From Polyangia bacterium (GTDB taxonomy: Bacteria; Myxococcota_A; Polyangia; Fen-1088), in the NCBI GenBank assembly GCA_035546175.1, contig DASZWW010000467.1:1-56744 (forward strand): a stretch of 56,744 bases of DNA. The letters run 5' to 3'. The translations under genes were made by a program, and so were the position numbers. Shown here one piece after another: positions 1-10,864 of this stretch; the stretch's first letter is position 1; every line of letters starts with the position of its first letter. A model generated the notes under the pieces. That model ran no database searches and was not told the origin of the DNA. It was given only the letters and a program-made list of their open reading frames with translations.

Positions 1-179
1 GCGCCCGACGCGCCCGCCGCGCCCTGCGAGCCCGACGCGCCAGCGGCGGCACCCGCGGCGCCCCCCGACGCGCCCGCTTGCCCGGGGCTCTTCGGGCCCG
101 CCCCACCGCCGCCGCAAGCGGCCAGGAGACCGAGGGCGAGCAGCGCCAGCGACTGAACAAGGGGCGATCGAATCGTCAT
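1..179 (-). CDS. Lipoprotein, N-terminal fragment (gene continues past the left window edge)
   Basis: Minus-strand ATG at 179..177 with purine-rich GAGGTGAAG directly upstream. Reads MTIRSPLVQSLALLALGLLAACGGGGAGPKSPGQAGASGG..., i.e. a signal peptide with lipobox (LLAAC) and then a Gly/Ala/Ser-rich linker. The frame stays open to position 1, so it is absent from the ORF track. Confidence 0.5.
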   Translation of the reverse strand, partial: MTIRSPLVQSLALLALGLLAACGGGGAGPKSPGQAGASGGAAGAAAGASGSQGAAGASG

Positions 180-264
180 CTTCACCTCGGGGTGAGGTCC
201 ATGCTAGGCGCAACGACCGCGCGCCGCCGCGCATCGCGCGCCGCCCGCGTGCAACGCCCGCCGT

Positions 265-840
265 TCAGCGCCGGCCGCGCTCGAACTTCGTGATCTCGGC
301 GTCCTGCGACAGCAAGAACTGCAGCTCGTCGATGCCGTTCAGGAGACAGTAGCGCGAGAACGGATCGACCGAGAACCTCGCCGTCGAGCCGTCGGGGAGC
401 GTCACCGTCTGCGCCTCGAGCGAGACGGTGACCTCGGCGCCCGGCGTGGCGAGCAGCTTGGCGTGCGCCGCGCCGTCGACGACGATGGGCAAGAGGCCGT
501 TCTTGAGCGAGTTGTTCTTGAAGATGTCGGCGATCGAGGTGCTGACGACGGCGCGGAAGCCGTAGTCGTAGAGCGCCCACGGCGCGTGCTCGCGCGACGA
601 GCCGCACCCGAAGTTGTCGCCCGCGACGAGCACGCGCGCGCCCTTGGCCTCGGGCCTGTTGAGCGCGAAGTCGGCCTTCGGCGTCCCGTCGGCGGCGAAG
701 CGCCAGTCGGAGAACAGCTTCTCGCCGAGGCCGTTCTTGCTCGTCGCCTTGAGGAAGCGCGCCGGGATGATCTGGTCGGTGTCGATGTTCTCCGTCGGGA
801 GGACGACCGTCTTCGAGGTGAACGTCTTGATGGGTTCCAT
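265..840 (-). CDS. leuD: 3-isopropylmalate dehydratase small subunit
   Basis: Last 191 codons of track ORF 265..2256, starting at the internal ATG at 840 ([30 protein letters not shown]...). Carries the [13 protein letters not shown] motif of aconitase-family swivel subunits. Its start overlaps the leuC stop by 1 nt (TAATG). Confidence 0.95.
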   Translation of the reverse strand: MEPIKTFTSKTVVLPTENIDTDQIIPARFLKATSKNGLGEKLFSDWRFAADGTPKADFALNRPEAKGARVLVAGDNFGCGSSREHAPWALYDYGFRAVVSTSIADIFKNNSLKNGLLPIVVDGAAHAKLLATPGAEVTVSLEAQTVTLPDGSTARFSVDPFSRYCLLNGIDELQFLLSQDAEITKFERGRR

Positions 841-2237
841 TAGACCAAGCTCCGTGCGTCGGTGACCTTGCCGGTGACGGCGGCGGCGGCGGCCGTGAGG
901 GGGCTCGCGAGGAAGGTGCGCCCGCCCGCGCCCTGCCGGCCCTCGAAGTTGCGGTTGCTCGTGCTCACCGCGTACTGCCCGGGCTTGAGCTGGTCGCCGT
1001 TCATGGCGATGCACATGGAGCACCCGGCCTCGCGCCACTCGGCGCCCGCCTCGGTGAAGACGCGATCGAGGCCCTCGGCCTCGGCCGCCCTCTTGATGCG
1101 CTGCGAGCCCGGCACGATGAGCGCGCGCACGCCCGGCGCCACCTTGCGCCCCTTGAAGATCGTCGCCGCCGCGCGCAGGTCGGACAGTCGCGAGTTCGTG
1201 CAGCTGCCGATGAACACGACGTCCACCTTGTGGCCGAGCAGCGGCTCGTCGCCCTTGATGCCCATGTAGGCGAGCGCCTTCACGTCGCTGGCGCTCGCGG
1301 GGGCCGGCACCTTGGCGCCGATGGCCATGCCCATGCCCGGGTTGGTGCCGTAGGTGATCATGGGCTCGATGGCGGCCGCGTCGAACCTCTCCTCGCGGTC
1401 GTAGGTGGCGCCGGGGTCGCTCGGCAGCTCGCGCCACTTTGCGACGGCCTCGTCCCACGCCGCGCCCTGCGGCGCGCGCGGGCGGCCCTTGAGGTACTCG
1501 AAGGTGATCTCGTCGGGGGCGATCATGCCGGCGCGCGCGCCCGCCTCGATCGACATGTTGCACACGGTCATGCGCTCCTCCATGGAGAGCGCGCGGATCG
1601 CCGACCCGCGGTACTCGATGACGTGGCCCGTGCCGCCGCCGATGCCGAGGCGGGCGATGACGGCGAGGACGATGTCCTTGGCCGTGACGCCCGGCTTGAG
1701 CTGGCCCTCGACGGTGACCGCGAGCGTCTTCGGCTTGTTCTGCAGCAGGCACTGCGTCGCGAGCACGTGCGACACCTCGCTCGTACCGATGCCGAAGGCC
1801 AGCGCGCCGAACGCGCCGTGCGTCGACGTGTGGCTGTCGCCGCAGACGATCGTGTCGCCGGGCTGGGTGACGCCCAGCTCGGGGCCGATGACGTGCACGA
1901 TGCCTTGCCCCTCGGTGCCGAGCGCGAAGAGCTCGATCCCGAAGTCCCGGCAGTTCGTCTCGAGCTGCGCGATCTGCGCGGCGGCGGCGCCGTCGAGCAC
2001 CGGGATCTTGCCCTCCTTGTTGCGCGGCGTCGTGGGCGTCGAGTGATCCATGGTGGCGACGGTGCGCTCGGGGCGGCGCACCTTGAGCTTGCGCTCGCGC
2101 AGCCACGTGAACGCCTGCGGCGAGGTCACCTCGTGGATGAGGTGCAGATCGACGTAGAGGATCGCCGGCGTGTCGGCGGTCGCGGCGCGCACGAGGTGCG
2201 CCTCCCAGATCTTCTCGAACAAGGTCCGTGGCGGCAT
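840..2237 (-). CDS. leuC: 3-isopropylmalate dehydratase large subunit
   Basis: 465 aa. [16 protein letters not shown]..., [11 protein letters not shown] and GSCTNSR aconitase-family Fe-S ligand motifs. Directly upstream of leuD. Confidence 0.97.
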   Translation of the reverse strand: MPPRTLFEKIWEAHLVRAATADTPAILYVDLHLIHEVTSPQAFTWLRERKLKVRRPERTVATMDHSTPTTPRNKEGKIPVLDGAAAAQIAQLETNCRDFGIELFALGTEGQGIVHVIGPELGVTQPGDTIVCGDSHTSTHGAFGALAFGIGTSEVSHVLATQCLLQNKPKTLAVTVEGQLKPGVTAKDIVLAVIARLGIGGGTGHVIEYRGSAIRALSMEERMTVCNMSIEAGARAGMIAPDEITFEYLKGRPRAPQGAAWDEAVAKWRELPSDPGATYDREERFDAAAIEPMITYGTNPGMGMAIGAKVPAPASASDVKALAYMGIKGDEPLLGHKVDVVFIGSCTNSRLSDLRAAATIFKGRKVAPGVRALIVPGSQRIKRAAEAEGLDRVFTEAGAEWREAGCSMCIAMNGDQLKPGQYAVSTSNRNFEGRQGAGGRTFLASPLTAAAAAVTGKVTDARSLV

Positions 2238-2295
2238 GGGCCAACTCTGCCCCCATTCCCGGGGCCGATCTAGTGACAGCTGACGGTCTCCATCG

Positions 2296-2310
2296 TTAAG
2301 TTATACTTAA
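2296..2310. promoter_or_regulatory. LysR-type regulator binding box (T-N11-A dyad)
   Basis: TTAAGTTATACTTAA is a perfect inverted repeat TTAAGT-N3-ACTTAA that embeds T-N11-A. It is an AT-rich island in the 84-nt leuC/LysR divergent intergenic, 11 nt upstream of the LysR ATG. Confidence 0.55.
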
Positions 2311-2321
2311 CGGTCGCGGCC

Positions 2322-3218
2322 ATGGACATGTCCCTCATCCCCGCCTTCCACGACGCCCTCGTCGTGGCCCGGACCGGCTCGGTCGCCGAGGCGGCGCGCC
2401 GGCTGCACAAGACCCCGTCGGCGGTCTCGCAGCAGATCCGGCGCATCGACGCGCGGTTCGGGGTCTCTCTGTTCGAGAAGGCCGGACGCGGCATTCGCCT
2501 GAGCGCGGCCGGCGAGGCGATGCTCGCCAGCCTGACGCGCCTGTTCGACGAGGCCGACTCGCTCGAGACGGCCCTGCGCGAGATCACCGCCGCGCGGGTC
2601 ACGTCGCTGCGGATCGCCGCCAGCGACTACCTCGGCGAGGCGCTCCTGCTCCCCGTGCTGCGGCGCCTCGTCGCCGACGGATCCCCCCTCCGCTTCGAGC
2701 TCACGACGGCGAACTCCATCGAGGCCGGCCGCCTGGCGGCGGAGGGCCACGTCGACGTCGCGGTGGTCAGCACGGAGCGCGCCGTCACGGCCTCGGAGAT
2801 CCCGCTCGGCGAGCAGCGCTTCTTCTGGATCGCGCCCGCCGCGGGGAGGGGCCAGCGCCGCGCCGCGCCCGCGCCGCTGCGGGCCCGCCTCGCGCGCGAG
2901 CCGCTGCTCCGCCTGGGCGCGGGCAGCCAGGGCCGTCGCGTGCTCGACGAGTACCTCGGCCGCCTCCGCCTGCGCCCCCTGTCGACGATCGACGTGCCGA
3001 GCGTGTCGCTCATCCTGTCGTACGTGCGGCAGGGGCTGGGGATCGGGCTCGTCCCCGGCCTGGCGCTCCGCGCCGATCGCCGGGACCACCTCTTCGTCGA
3101 GGCCGCGGACGTCCCCCCCATCGACGTGCGCCTCACCTGCCGTCCCACGCTCAAGCGGACGAAGGCGGTCGCGCGGTTCCTCGACGGGCTCGTCGAGGAG
3201 GCGCGCCGCGCGACCTGA
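2322..3218 (+). CDS. LysR-family transcriptional regulator
   Basis: 298 aa. N-terminal wHTH (GSVAEAARRLHKTPSAVSQQIRRIDARFGVSLFEKAGRGIRLSAAG) followed by a substrate-binding-type C-terminal domain. Divergent from leuCD. Confidence 0.9.
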   Translation: MDMSLIPAFHDALVVARTGSVAEAARRLHKTPSAVSQQIRRIDARFGVSLFEKAGRGIRLSAAGEAMLASLTRLFDEADSLETALREITAARVTSLRIAASDYLGEALLLPVLRRLVADGSPLRFELTTANSIEAGRLAAEGHVDVAVVSTERAVTASEIPLGEQRFFWIAPAAGRGQRRAAPAPLRARLAREPLLRLGAGSQGRRVLDEYLGRLRLRPLSTIDVPSVSLILSYVRQGLGIGLVPGLALRADRRDHLFVEAADVPPIDVRLTCRPTLKRTKAVARFLDGLVEEARRAT

Positions 3219-3228
3219 GCGGGGTCGC

Positions 3229-4800
3229 CTACGCGACGCGGGAGGCGGCGGCCCGGGCCCGCGCCAGGGGCAGCTCGAGGGCGTCGGCCAGCGCCGCGGC
3301 CGACGCCTCGATGATGTTCGGCGAGACGCCGATCGTGCTCCAGCGCTCCTCGCCGCGCGCCGCCTCGATGAGCACGCGCGTCTTGGCGCCCGTCGCGGCC
3401 TCGGGGTCGAGGATGCGCACCTTGTAGTCGGCGAGGTGCACCTCGCGCACGAGCGGAAAGGCGTCGTTGAGGGCCTTGTGGAAGGCGCCGTCGAGCGCGT
3501 GCACGGGGCCCGTGCCCTCGGCGACGGTGTGCACGATCTCGTCACCGATGCGCACCTTGACCGTCGCCTCGGCGAACATGCTGTTGCCGCGCCGCCGCTC
3601 GGAGATCACGACGACGTCGAGCACCTCGAAGGGCGCGACGTACCCCGCCTGGTAGCGCCGCGTGAGCAGCTCGAAGGAGCCCTCGGCCGCCTCGAACTGG
3701 TAGCCCTGGTTCTCAAGCTCCTTGATGCGCCCGACGAGCTCGCGCTCGCTCCCCTTGGCGTCGATGCCGAGCTCGCTGGCGCGCATGCGGACGTTGCCGC
3801 GGCCCGAGAGCTCGGAGACGACGATGTGCCGCCGGTTGCCCACGCGCTCGGGCGCGACGTGCTCGTAGCTCGACGTCACCTTCTCGACGGCGGCGACGTG
3901 GGCCCCGCCCTTGTGCGCGAAGGCCGAGCGCCCGACGTACGGCGCGTGCGCGCGCGGCCGGATGTTGGCGATCTCGCTGACCGTGCGCGACAGCTCGGTG
4001 AGGCGCGCCAGGTGCTCGTCGGGCACGCAGCGGCGATCCATCTTGAGCTGCAGCGCGGGGATGATGGAGATGAGGTTGGCGTTCCCGCAGCGCTCGCCCC
4101 AGCCGTTCATCGTGCCCTGCACCTGCGTGCAGCCGGCCTCGACGGCGGCGAGCGCGTTCGCGACGGCGAGGTCGCCGTCGTTGTGCGAGTGGATCCCGAG
4201 GCGCGTGGGGATGTGCTTGCGCACGACGCCCGTGACCTCGGCGACGAAGCTCGGCAGGCTGCCGCCGTTCGTGTCGCACATCGTGACCCAGTCGGCGCCG
4301 GCGTCGGCGGCGGCCTTGACGGCCGCGAGCGCGTAGCGCGCGTCGAGGCGATACCCGTCGAAGAAGTGCTCGGCGTCGTACACCACCTCGCGCCCCGCCT
4401 TCTTGAGGAAGGCGACGCTGTCCGCGATCATCGCCAGGTTCTCCTCGAGCGTCGTCTCGAGCACCTTCGTGACGTGCAGCGTGGACGACTTCCCGAAGAT
4501 GCAGACGACGGGCGTGTCGGCCTCGACGAGGGCGCGCATGTTGACGTCGTCCTCCGCGCGCACGCCGGCCTTGCGCGTGCTGCCGAACGCCGTGAGCTTC
4601 GCGTGCTTGAGCCCGAGCGACCGGGCGCGCCGAAAGAACTCGATGTCCTTGGGGTTCGACCCCGGGTATCCGCCCTCGATGAAGTGAATGCCGAACCCGT
4701 CGAGGAGCTTGGCAATCTTCAGCTTGTCCTCGACCGAGAGGGAGAGGCCCTCACTCTGCGTCCCATCACGCAGCGTGGTGTCGAAGAGGTGGATATTCAT
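3229..4800 (-). CDS. cimA: Citramalate synthase-type (CimA / LeuA-family) enzyme
   Basis: 523 aa. MNIHLFDTTLRDGTQSEG...IEGGYPGSNPKDIEFF is the N-terminal signature I associate with the long CimA clade (Geobacter-type) rather than classical LeuA. It has a DRE-TIM barrel plus a C-terminal regulatory domain. Assignment within the family was not verified by search. Confidence 0.8.
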   Translation of the reverse strand: MNIHLFDTTLRDGTQSEGLSLSVEDKLKIAKLLDGFGIHFIEGGYPGSNPKDIEFFRRARSLGLKHAKLTAFGSTRKAGVRAEDDVNMRALVEADTPVVCIFGKSSTLHVTKVLETTLEENLAMIADSVAFLKKAGREVVYDAEHFFDGYRLDARYALAAVKAAADAGADWVTMCDTNGGSLPSFVAEVTGVVRKHIPTRLGIHSHNDGDLAVANALAAVEAGCTQVQGTMNGWGERCGNANLISIIPALQLKMDRRCVPDEHLARLTELSRTVSEIANIRPRAHAPYVGRSAFAHKGGAHVAAVEKVTSSYEHVAPERVGNRRHIVVSELSGRGNVRMRASELGIDAKGSERELVGRIKELENQGYQFEAAEGSFELLTRRYQAGYVAPFEVLDVVVISERRRGNSMFAEATVKVRIGDEIVHTVAEGTGPVHALDGAFHKALNDAFPLVREVHLADYKVRILDPEAATGAKTRVLIEAARGEERWSTIGVSPNIIEASAAALADALELPLARARAAASRVA

Positions 4801-4882
4801 GATGTTCTCCTGCGGCGCCGCCGGCGGCGGAATCCCGAAGCCTAGGGGAGTCGGACGCCGATCTCAACATCTGAACAAAGGC

Positions 4883-5086
4883 TCAGGGAAGGCCGCCGGG
4901 CTTCATGCCCTCGGGCTGACAGCGCGCGGCGCAGCGCGAGTCGACGGTGCAGACGAAGGCGCTCGGGCAGGCGAGGCTCGCGCACGGATCGCCGCAGGCG
5001 TTCGAGGTGTTCGCGACCGGAACGGTCGCGCACCCCGCGACGCCGCCGAGCATCCCGAGGACCAGCGCCACCCAGAGCGTGTTCAT
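4883..5086 (-). CDS. Small Cys-rich lipoprotein (67 aa)
   Basis: Internal ATG at 5086 of track ORF 4883..5518. MNTLWVALVLGMLGGVAGC (signal peptide plus lipobox) is followed by 7 further Cys in 48 residues. Confidence 0.6.
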   Translation of the reverse strand: MNTLWVALVLGMLGGVAGCATVPVANTSNACGDPCASLACPSAFVCTVDSRCAARCQPEGMKPGGLP

Positions 5087-5116
5087 GGCCGGAACGGTAG
5101 CGCGTGACCGCCCGTC

Positions 5117-5809
5117 GTGCGAGTGTCGGCGCGCACAGCGATGAGCCCCGAGACGCCGCCGACCCCGAGCCGCGTCGTGCACCACGGCGAAGCGGTGGAG
5201 TGGCTGCGCGCGCGCGGGCGGCTCGCCGGCTGCAGCGTCGTGACGTCGCTGCCGGACGTGTCGGAGGTGCCGGCGCTGGACCTCGCGGCATGGACGCGCT
5301 GGTTCGAGGACACGGCGGCGCTCGTCGTCGACGCCGTGCCCGACGACGGCGTCGCCGTCTTCTTCCAGAGCGACATCAAGCGCGGGGGGACCTGGATCGA
5401 CAAGGGCGCCCTCGTGCAGCGCGGGGCCGAGCGCGCGGGCGCGCGCCTGCTGTTCCACAAGATCGTGTGCCGCAAGCCGCCCGGCGCCGTGACCTTCGGG
5501 CGCGCGGGCTACTCGCACCTGCTCGCCTACTCACGGGGCGTACGCCCGCGTCCCGAGCGCGCGACGGCCGACGTGCTCGCCGACGCCGGGTTCATGCCCG
5601 GGACGAAGGCCATGGGCGTGAACGCCTGCCTCGACGCGTGCCGCTTCGTGCTGCGCGAGACGGCCACCCGCATCGTCGTCGACCCGTTCTGCGGCTACGG
5701 CACGGTGCTGGCCGTCGCGAACGCGCTGGGGCTCGACGCGATCGGCGTCGATCTCTCGACGCGCATGTGCAAGAAGGCGCGCGCGCTCGCCGTCCAGCTC
5801 GGCCCCTGA
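5117..5809 (+). CDS. SAM-dependent methyltransferase, N4/N6 DNA-methylase-like fold (beta-class motif order)
   Basis: 230 aa from GTG 5117 (alternative ATG 5141). C-terminal DPFCGYGTVLAVANALGLDAIGVDLS resembles the SAM-binding motif I (DPFxGSGT). The upstream VVTSLPDV sits where the catalytic (D/S)PP(Y/F) motif would be. Confidence 0.6.
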   Translation: MRVSARTAMSPETPPTPSRVVHHGEAVEWLRARGRLAGCSVVTSLPDVSEVPALDLAAWTRWFEDTAALVVDAVPDDGVAVFFQSDIKRGGTWIDKGALVQRGAERAGARLLFHKIVCRKPPGAVTFGRAGYSHLLAYSRGVRPRPERATADVLADAGFMPGTKAMGVNACLDACRFVLRETATRIVVDPFCGYGTVLAVANALGLDAIGVDLSTRMCKKARALAVQLGP

Positions 5810-5810
5810 G

Positions 5811-6506
5811 TCAAGCGCTCTTCGGCCTCGTGATGTCGGGCGGGCGGCCGTAGGCCGGGACGGCCCGCTCGAGATCGTCGGACTCGCCTCGCGCGAGGCG
5901 CGGCAGCGCGAGGGCGCCGATCGAGAGGGCCGACGGGCCCTCGACCGAGATCACCGTCGCCCCCGACCCGAGCGCCGCCGCGTGGCGGTCGGCGCCGTTC
6001 CCGGCCACGACCGCCGCGGGGAGCTCGGCGACGCGCGACGCGAGCGCCTCCGGCATCAGGCGCCAGGGCTCGCCGCCGGGCGCGATCACCGGCCCGTCGA
6101 GCGCGCACGCGAAGGCGTAGACCTCGCCCTTGCCGGCGTCGATGCAGGGCACGACGAAGCGCGTCCCGGGCGGCGCGCGACGCGCGATGTCGAGCGCGAG
6201 CGCCTGGAGCGAGGACACGAGCAGCAGCGGCGCGCCCGTCGCGAGCGCGAGGCCCTTGGCGACGGCCAGGCCCACGCGCAGCCCCGTGAAGCTGCCCGGG
6301 CCCGCGCCGCAGGCGATGCCCGCCAGCGCCTCGGGCCGCGCCCCCGCGCTGCGCAGCACCTCGTCGACGAGCTTGAGGACGTGCTGCGAGTGCCGCTCGG
6401 CCGTCGCCTCGGCGCCCGCGATCGCCTGGGCCGCCCCGTCGAACAGGGCCACGCGCGCCGTGGGCGTCGACGTGTCGAGGCAGAGGACGCGCTTGGGTGA
6501 CGTCAT
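5811..6506 (-). CDS. tsaB: tRNA t6A37 threonylcarbamoyl-transfer protein TsaB (YeaZ)
   Basis: Last 231 codons of track ORF 5811..8150 from the ATG at 6506: MTSPKRVLCLDTSTPTARVAL...GPGSFTGLRVGLAVAKGLA. ATGA overlap with the rseP stop. Confidence 0.9.
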   Translation of the reverse strand: MTSPKRVLCLDTSTPTARVALFDGAAQAIAGAEATAERHSQHVLKLVDEVLRSAGARPEALAGIACGAGPGSFTGLRVGLAVAKGLALATGAPLLLVSSLQALALDIARRAPPGTRFVVPCIDAGKGEVYAFACALDGPVIAPGGEPWRLMPEALASRVAELPAAVVAGNGADRHAAALGSGATVISVEGPSALSIGALALPRLARGESDDLERAVPAYGRPPDITRPKSA

Positions 6507-8164
6507 CGAGGCAAGAGGTATCGCACGACGTCGTTGCGGAGGGCGAAGATCATGAGCGTCCCCACGATGACGAGGCCCACGTACGACGCGATCTCGCGCG
6601 CCCGCGGCGACGGCGGCCGCCGCTTGAAGAGCTCGAGCGTGAAGAAGACGAGCAGGCCCCCGTCGAGGATCGGCACGGGCAAGAAGTTCAGCAGGCCCAG
6701 GTTGATGCTGATGAGGGCCATGAGCCAGAGGTACTGATCGAACCCCTGCTCCGCCGCGACGCCCGCGACGTAGCCGATCATGATGGGCCCGCCGAGCGTC
6801 GTCAGCGGCACGCGCCCCCGCACGATCTCCGCGAAGCCGTGCACCATGGCCAGGATGATCTGCCCCGTGCGCTCGACCGAGTGCCCCACGGCGTAGCCGA
6901 AGCGGTTCGTGATGGGCACGGGCGCCTCGGTCTTCCAGGCGAGGCGATTGAGCGCGCCGAAGACGAGGTGCTGCGCCTGCTGGCGGTAGGCGTCGACCTC
7001 CTCGCGGGCCTCCTGCTTGAATGTCGCCTCGTGGCGCTGGCCGCCCGGCGAGAGCCAGCTGATGTGGAACGTGCGATCGGGCGCGGCCGCCAGGCGCTCG
7101 CGCAGCAGGTCCCAGTGCGGCAGCGGCTCGCCGTCGAGCGCGAGGATCTGGTCGCCCCGGCGGATCCCGATGGCGTCGGCCGGGCTGCCGGGCTCGACCG
7201 AGTAGACGAAGAGCTCGGCCGAGACGATGCCCGTCTCGTAGTGCCGGCGGCCGGCGGCGTCGAAGACGGGCACGGGCACGACGACGGCCGCGCCCGGCTG
7301 CTGGAGCTCGACGTGCGCGAAGGGCAGGGCCGAGTAGCCGCCGCGCAGGTAGTTGAGCCGCAGCGGCGACGCGCCCACGCGGTCGATGGCCTTGGCGAAC
7401 TCCGTCCACGTCGCGACGGGGACGCCGTTGACCGCGGTGACGAAGTCGAACGTCTTGAGGCCCGCCTGCGCCGCCGGCGAGCTCGGATCGAGCACGCCGA
7501 TCTCGGGCAGGTGAAAGCGCGGCGAGACGCCGATCCAGCCGACCCGCTCCTTGGTCCGCAGCTGGCCCGCGCGCTCGATCTGCACGGGCGTGACGTCGCG
7601 CTCCTCGGCGTCGGTGCCGCGGCGGATGCCGAAGCGCATCGTCTTGCCGGCGTTCTCGGCGATGACGCGCTCGAGCTCCTCCCAGTAGCGGATGACCTGG
7701 CCGTCGACGGTCTCGACCTTGTCTCCGGGGAGCAGCCCCGCCGTCGCGGCGGGCAGATCGGGCAGCACGGTGCCGATCGTGGGAGGCAGCAGCGTGCGCT
7801 GGCCCGCGTAGTGGACGAAGTAGATGAGCAGCGGGAGCAGCAGGTTGAAGATGGGGCCCGCGACGACGATCGTGTAGCGCTGCCAGAGCGGCTTCGCGGC
7901 GAGGGCGCGCCACCGGTCGACCGGCGGGATGGGCTCGGACGGGTCCTCGCCGAGGAGGCGCACGTAGCCGCCGAGGGGGACGAGCGAGAGCTGGTACTCG
8001 GTCTCGCCCCGCGTGAAGCCGAACAGGCGCGGCCCGAAGCCGAGCGAGAAGCGCAGCACCTTGACGTCGAAGAACTTCGCGAAGACGAAGTGCCCGAGCT
8101 CGTGCACGAGGATGAGCACGCCGAGCAGGGCCACGACCGCGGCCGTCCACAGGAGCAGATTCAC
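6503..8164 (-). CDS. rseP: RIP site-2 metalloprotease RseP (M50 family, PDZ domains)
   Basis: 553 aa. The N-terminal TM helix carries HELGH, the middle contains PDZ-like segments (GLLPGDKVETVDG; GIRRGDQILALDG), and the C-terminal TM region matches M50 proteases. Confidence 0.93.
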   Translation of the reverse strand: MNLLLWTAAVVALLGVLILVHELGHFVFAKFFDVKVLRFSLGFGPRLFGFTRGETEYQLSLVPLGGYVRLLGEDPSEPIPPVDRWRALAAKPLWQRYTIVVAGPIFNLLLPLLIYFVHYAGQRTLLPPTIGTVLPDLPAATAGLLPGDKVETVDGQVIRYWEELERVIAENAGKTMRFGIRRGTDAEERDVTPVQIERAGQLRTKERVGWIGVSPRFHLPEIGVLDPSSPAAQAGLKTFDFVTAVNGVPVATWTEFAKAIDRVGASPLRLNYLRGGYSALPFAHVELQQPGAAVVVPVPVFDAAGRRHYETGIVSAELFVYSVEPGSPADAIGIRRGDQILALDGEPLPHWDLLRERLAAAPDRTFHISWLSPGGQRHEATFKQEAREEVDAYRQQAQHLVFGALNRLAWKTEAPVPITNRFGYAVGHSVERTGQIILAMVHGFAEIVRGRVPLTTLGGPIMIGYVAGVAAEQGFDQYLWLMALISINLGLLNFLPVPILDGGLLVFFTLELFKRRPPSPRAREIASYVGLVIVGTLMIFALRNDVVRYLLPR

Positions 8165-8180
8165 GCGCGCGCCCTCCGCG

Positions 8181-9934
<1,754 letters not shown>

Positions 9935-9938
<4 letters not shown>

Positions 9939-10855
9939 CTCGCCGTCTCCGAGGGCGCGACGGCGGCCGCCGCGCGCGCCCGCACCCGCGCCGCCTCGTG
10001 CGCGTGGAAGCGCGCCGTCTCCTCGGCGACGAGCTTGGCGTCGGCGGCCGCGACCGCCTCACGGACGAACTGCCGCTCCCGCGCCGACATGACCGACCAC
10101 GACCCCAGCGTGTACCCGCCCGTCCAGAAGAACACGATGTCCCAGGTATAGCGCGGACAGACGAGGAGGGAGAGCGGCGTCGTCGTGAGGAAGGCGATGA
10201 GCAGCCACTTGGCGTGCCAGATCTGCTTGCGGCCGTGGTGGCTCATGAACGGCAGGTTGGAGAGCTCGGCCCAGGCGATCGCGAAGACGAACGGGATCCC
10301 CAGCCACAGGCCGCCCGGCAGGCGGCTGAAGATCGCCGAGTTCACGTAGCTGAGGAGCAGGAACGAGGCGACGTTGCGCGGCAGCCCGACCCACGCGAAG
10401 TCGACGGAGACGGGCCGCACCGTGTTGCGGGCCTGGCGGACGGTGGCCACGAGCACGAGGACGGCGGCGAGCAGGAGCCCGATGGCGTCGGCCACCTCCG
10501 CGCTGACGCCGAGGCGCTGCCCCGACTGCGCGTAGAGCCCGTAGACGACGAAGGCGGGCGCGACGGCCTGCGCGACGAAGTCCGCCGCCGTGTCGAACTC
10601 GGCGCCGAAGCGGTTCCCGCCGCGCGTGGCCCGCGCCACCAGGCCGTCGACGCAGTCGGCCGCGTAGCCGGCCAGGAACGAGTACGAGCCCCACAGCGGG
10701 TGCCCCTTGATGACGAAGTACACGCCGAGCACGCCCGACAGCGCGTTGATCGACGTGAAGACGTCCTTGAGCCCGAACATGCGCCGGGCGCCCAGCGGGA
10801 TCTCTCCGCCGGACACCCCCGCGCCTGTCACGCCGCGATCGGCCGCGTCCTGCAC
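9935..10855 (-). CDS. CDP-alcohol phosphatidyltransferase (PssA/Pgs-like)
   Basis: Perfect D-x2-DG-x2-AR-x8-G-x3-D-x3-D motif ([26 protein letters not shown]) and multiple TM helices. GTG start at 10855 (alternative ATG 10780, [16 protein letters not shown]). About 55-aa Ala/Arg/Glu-rich C-terminal tail. Confidence 0.85.
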
Positions 10856-10864
10856 GCCTGGTTT

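Noticed and set aside
5117-5809. Possible restriction-modification or other defence system around the methyltransferase-like gene
   Set aside because: There is no endonuclease, specificity subunit, helicase or other defence-associated ORF on either side; the flanking genes are a small lipoprotein gene and tsaB. It is treated as an orphan methyltransferase-like gene.
5811-8150. 779-aa track ORF that appears to fuse tsaB to a long N-terminal extension; the same situation applies to 265..2256 (leuD), 13557..15074 (anti-sigma), 21412..23796 (GT), 22452..25979 (flippase), 46771..49128 (TPR lipoprotein) and 52151..55981 (GltD-like)
   Set aside because: Only the C-terminal part from an internal start is protein-like. 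That start often forms an ATGA/GTGA/TAATG junction with the upstream gene or follows an SD. The upstream part is Arg-rich off-frame read-through of the neighbouring gene.
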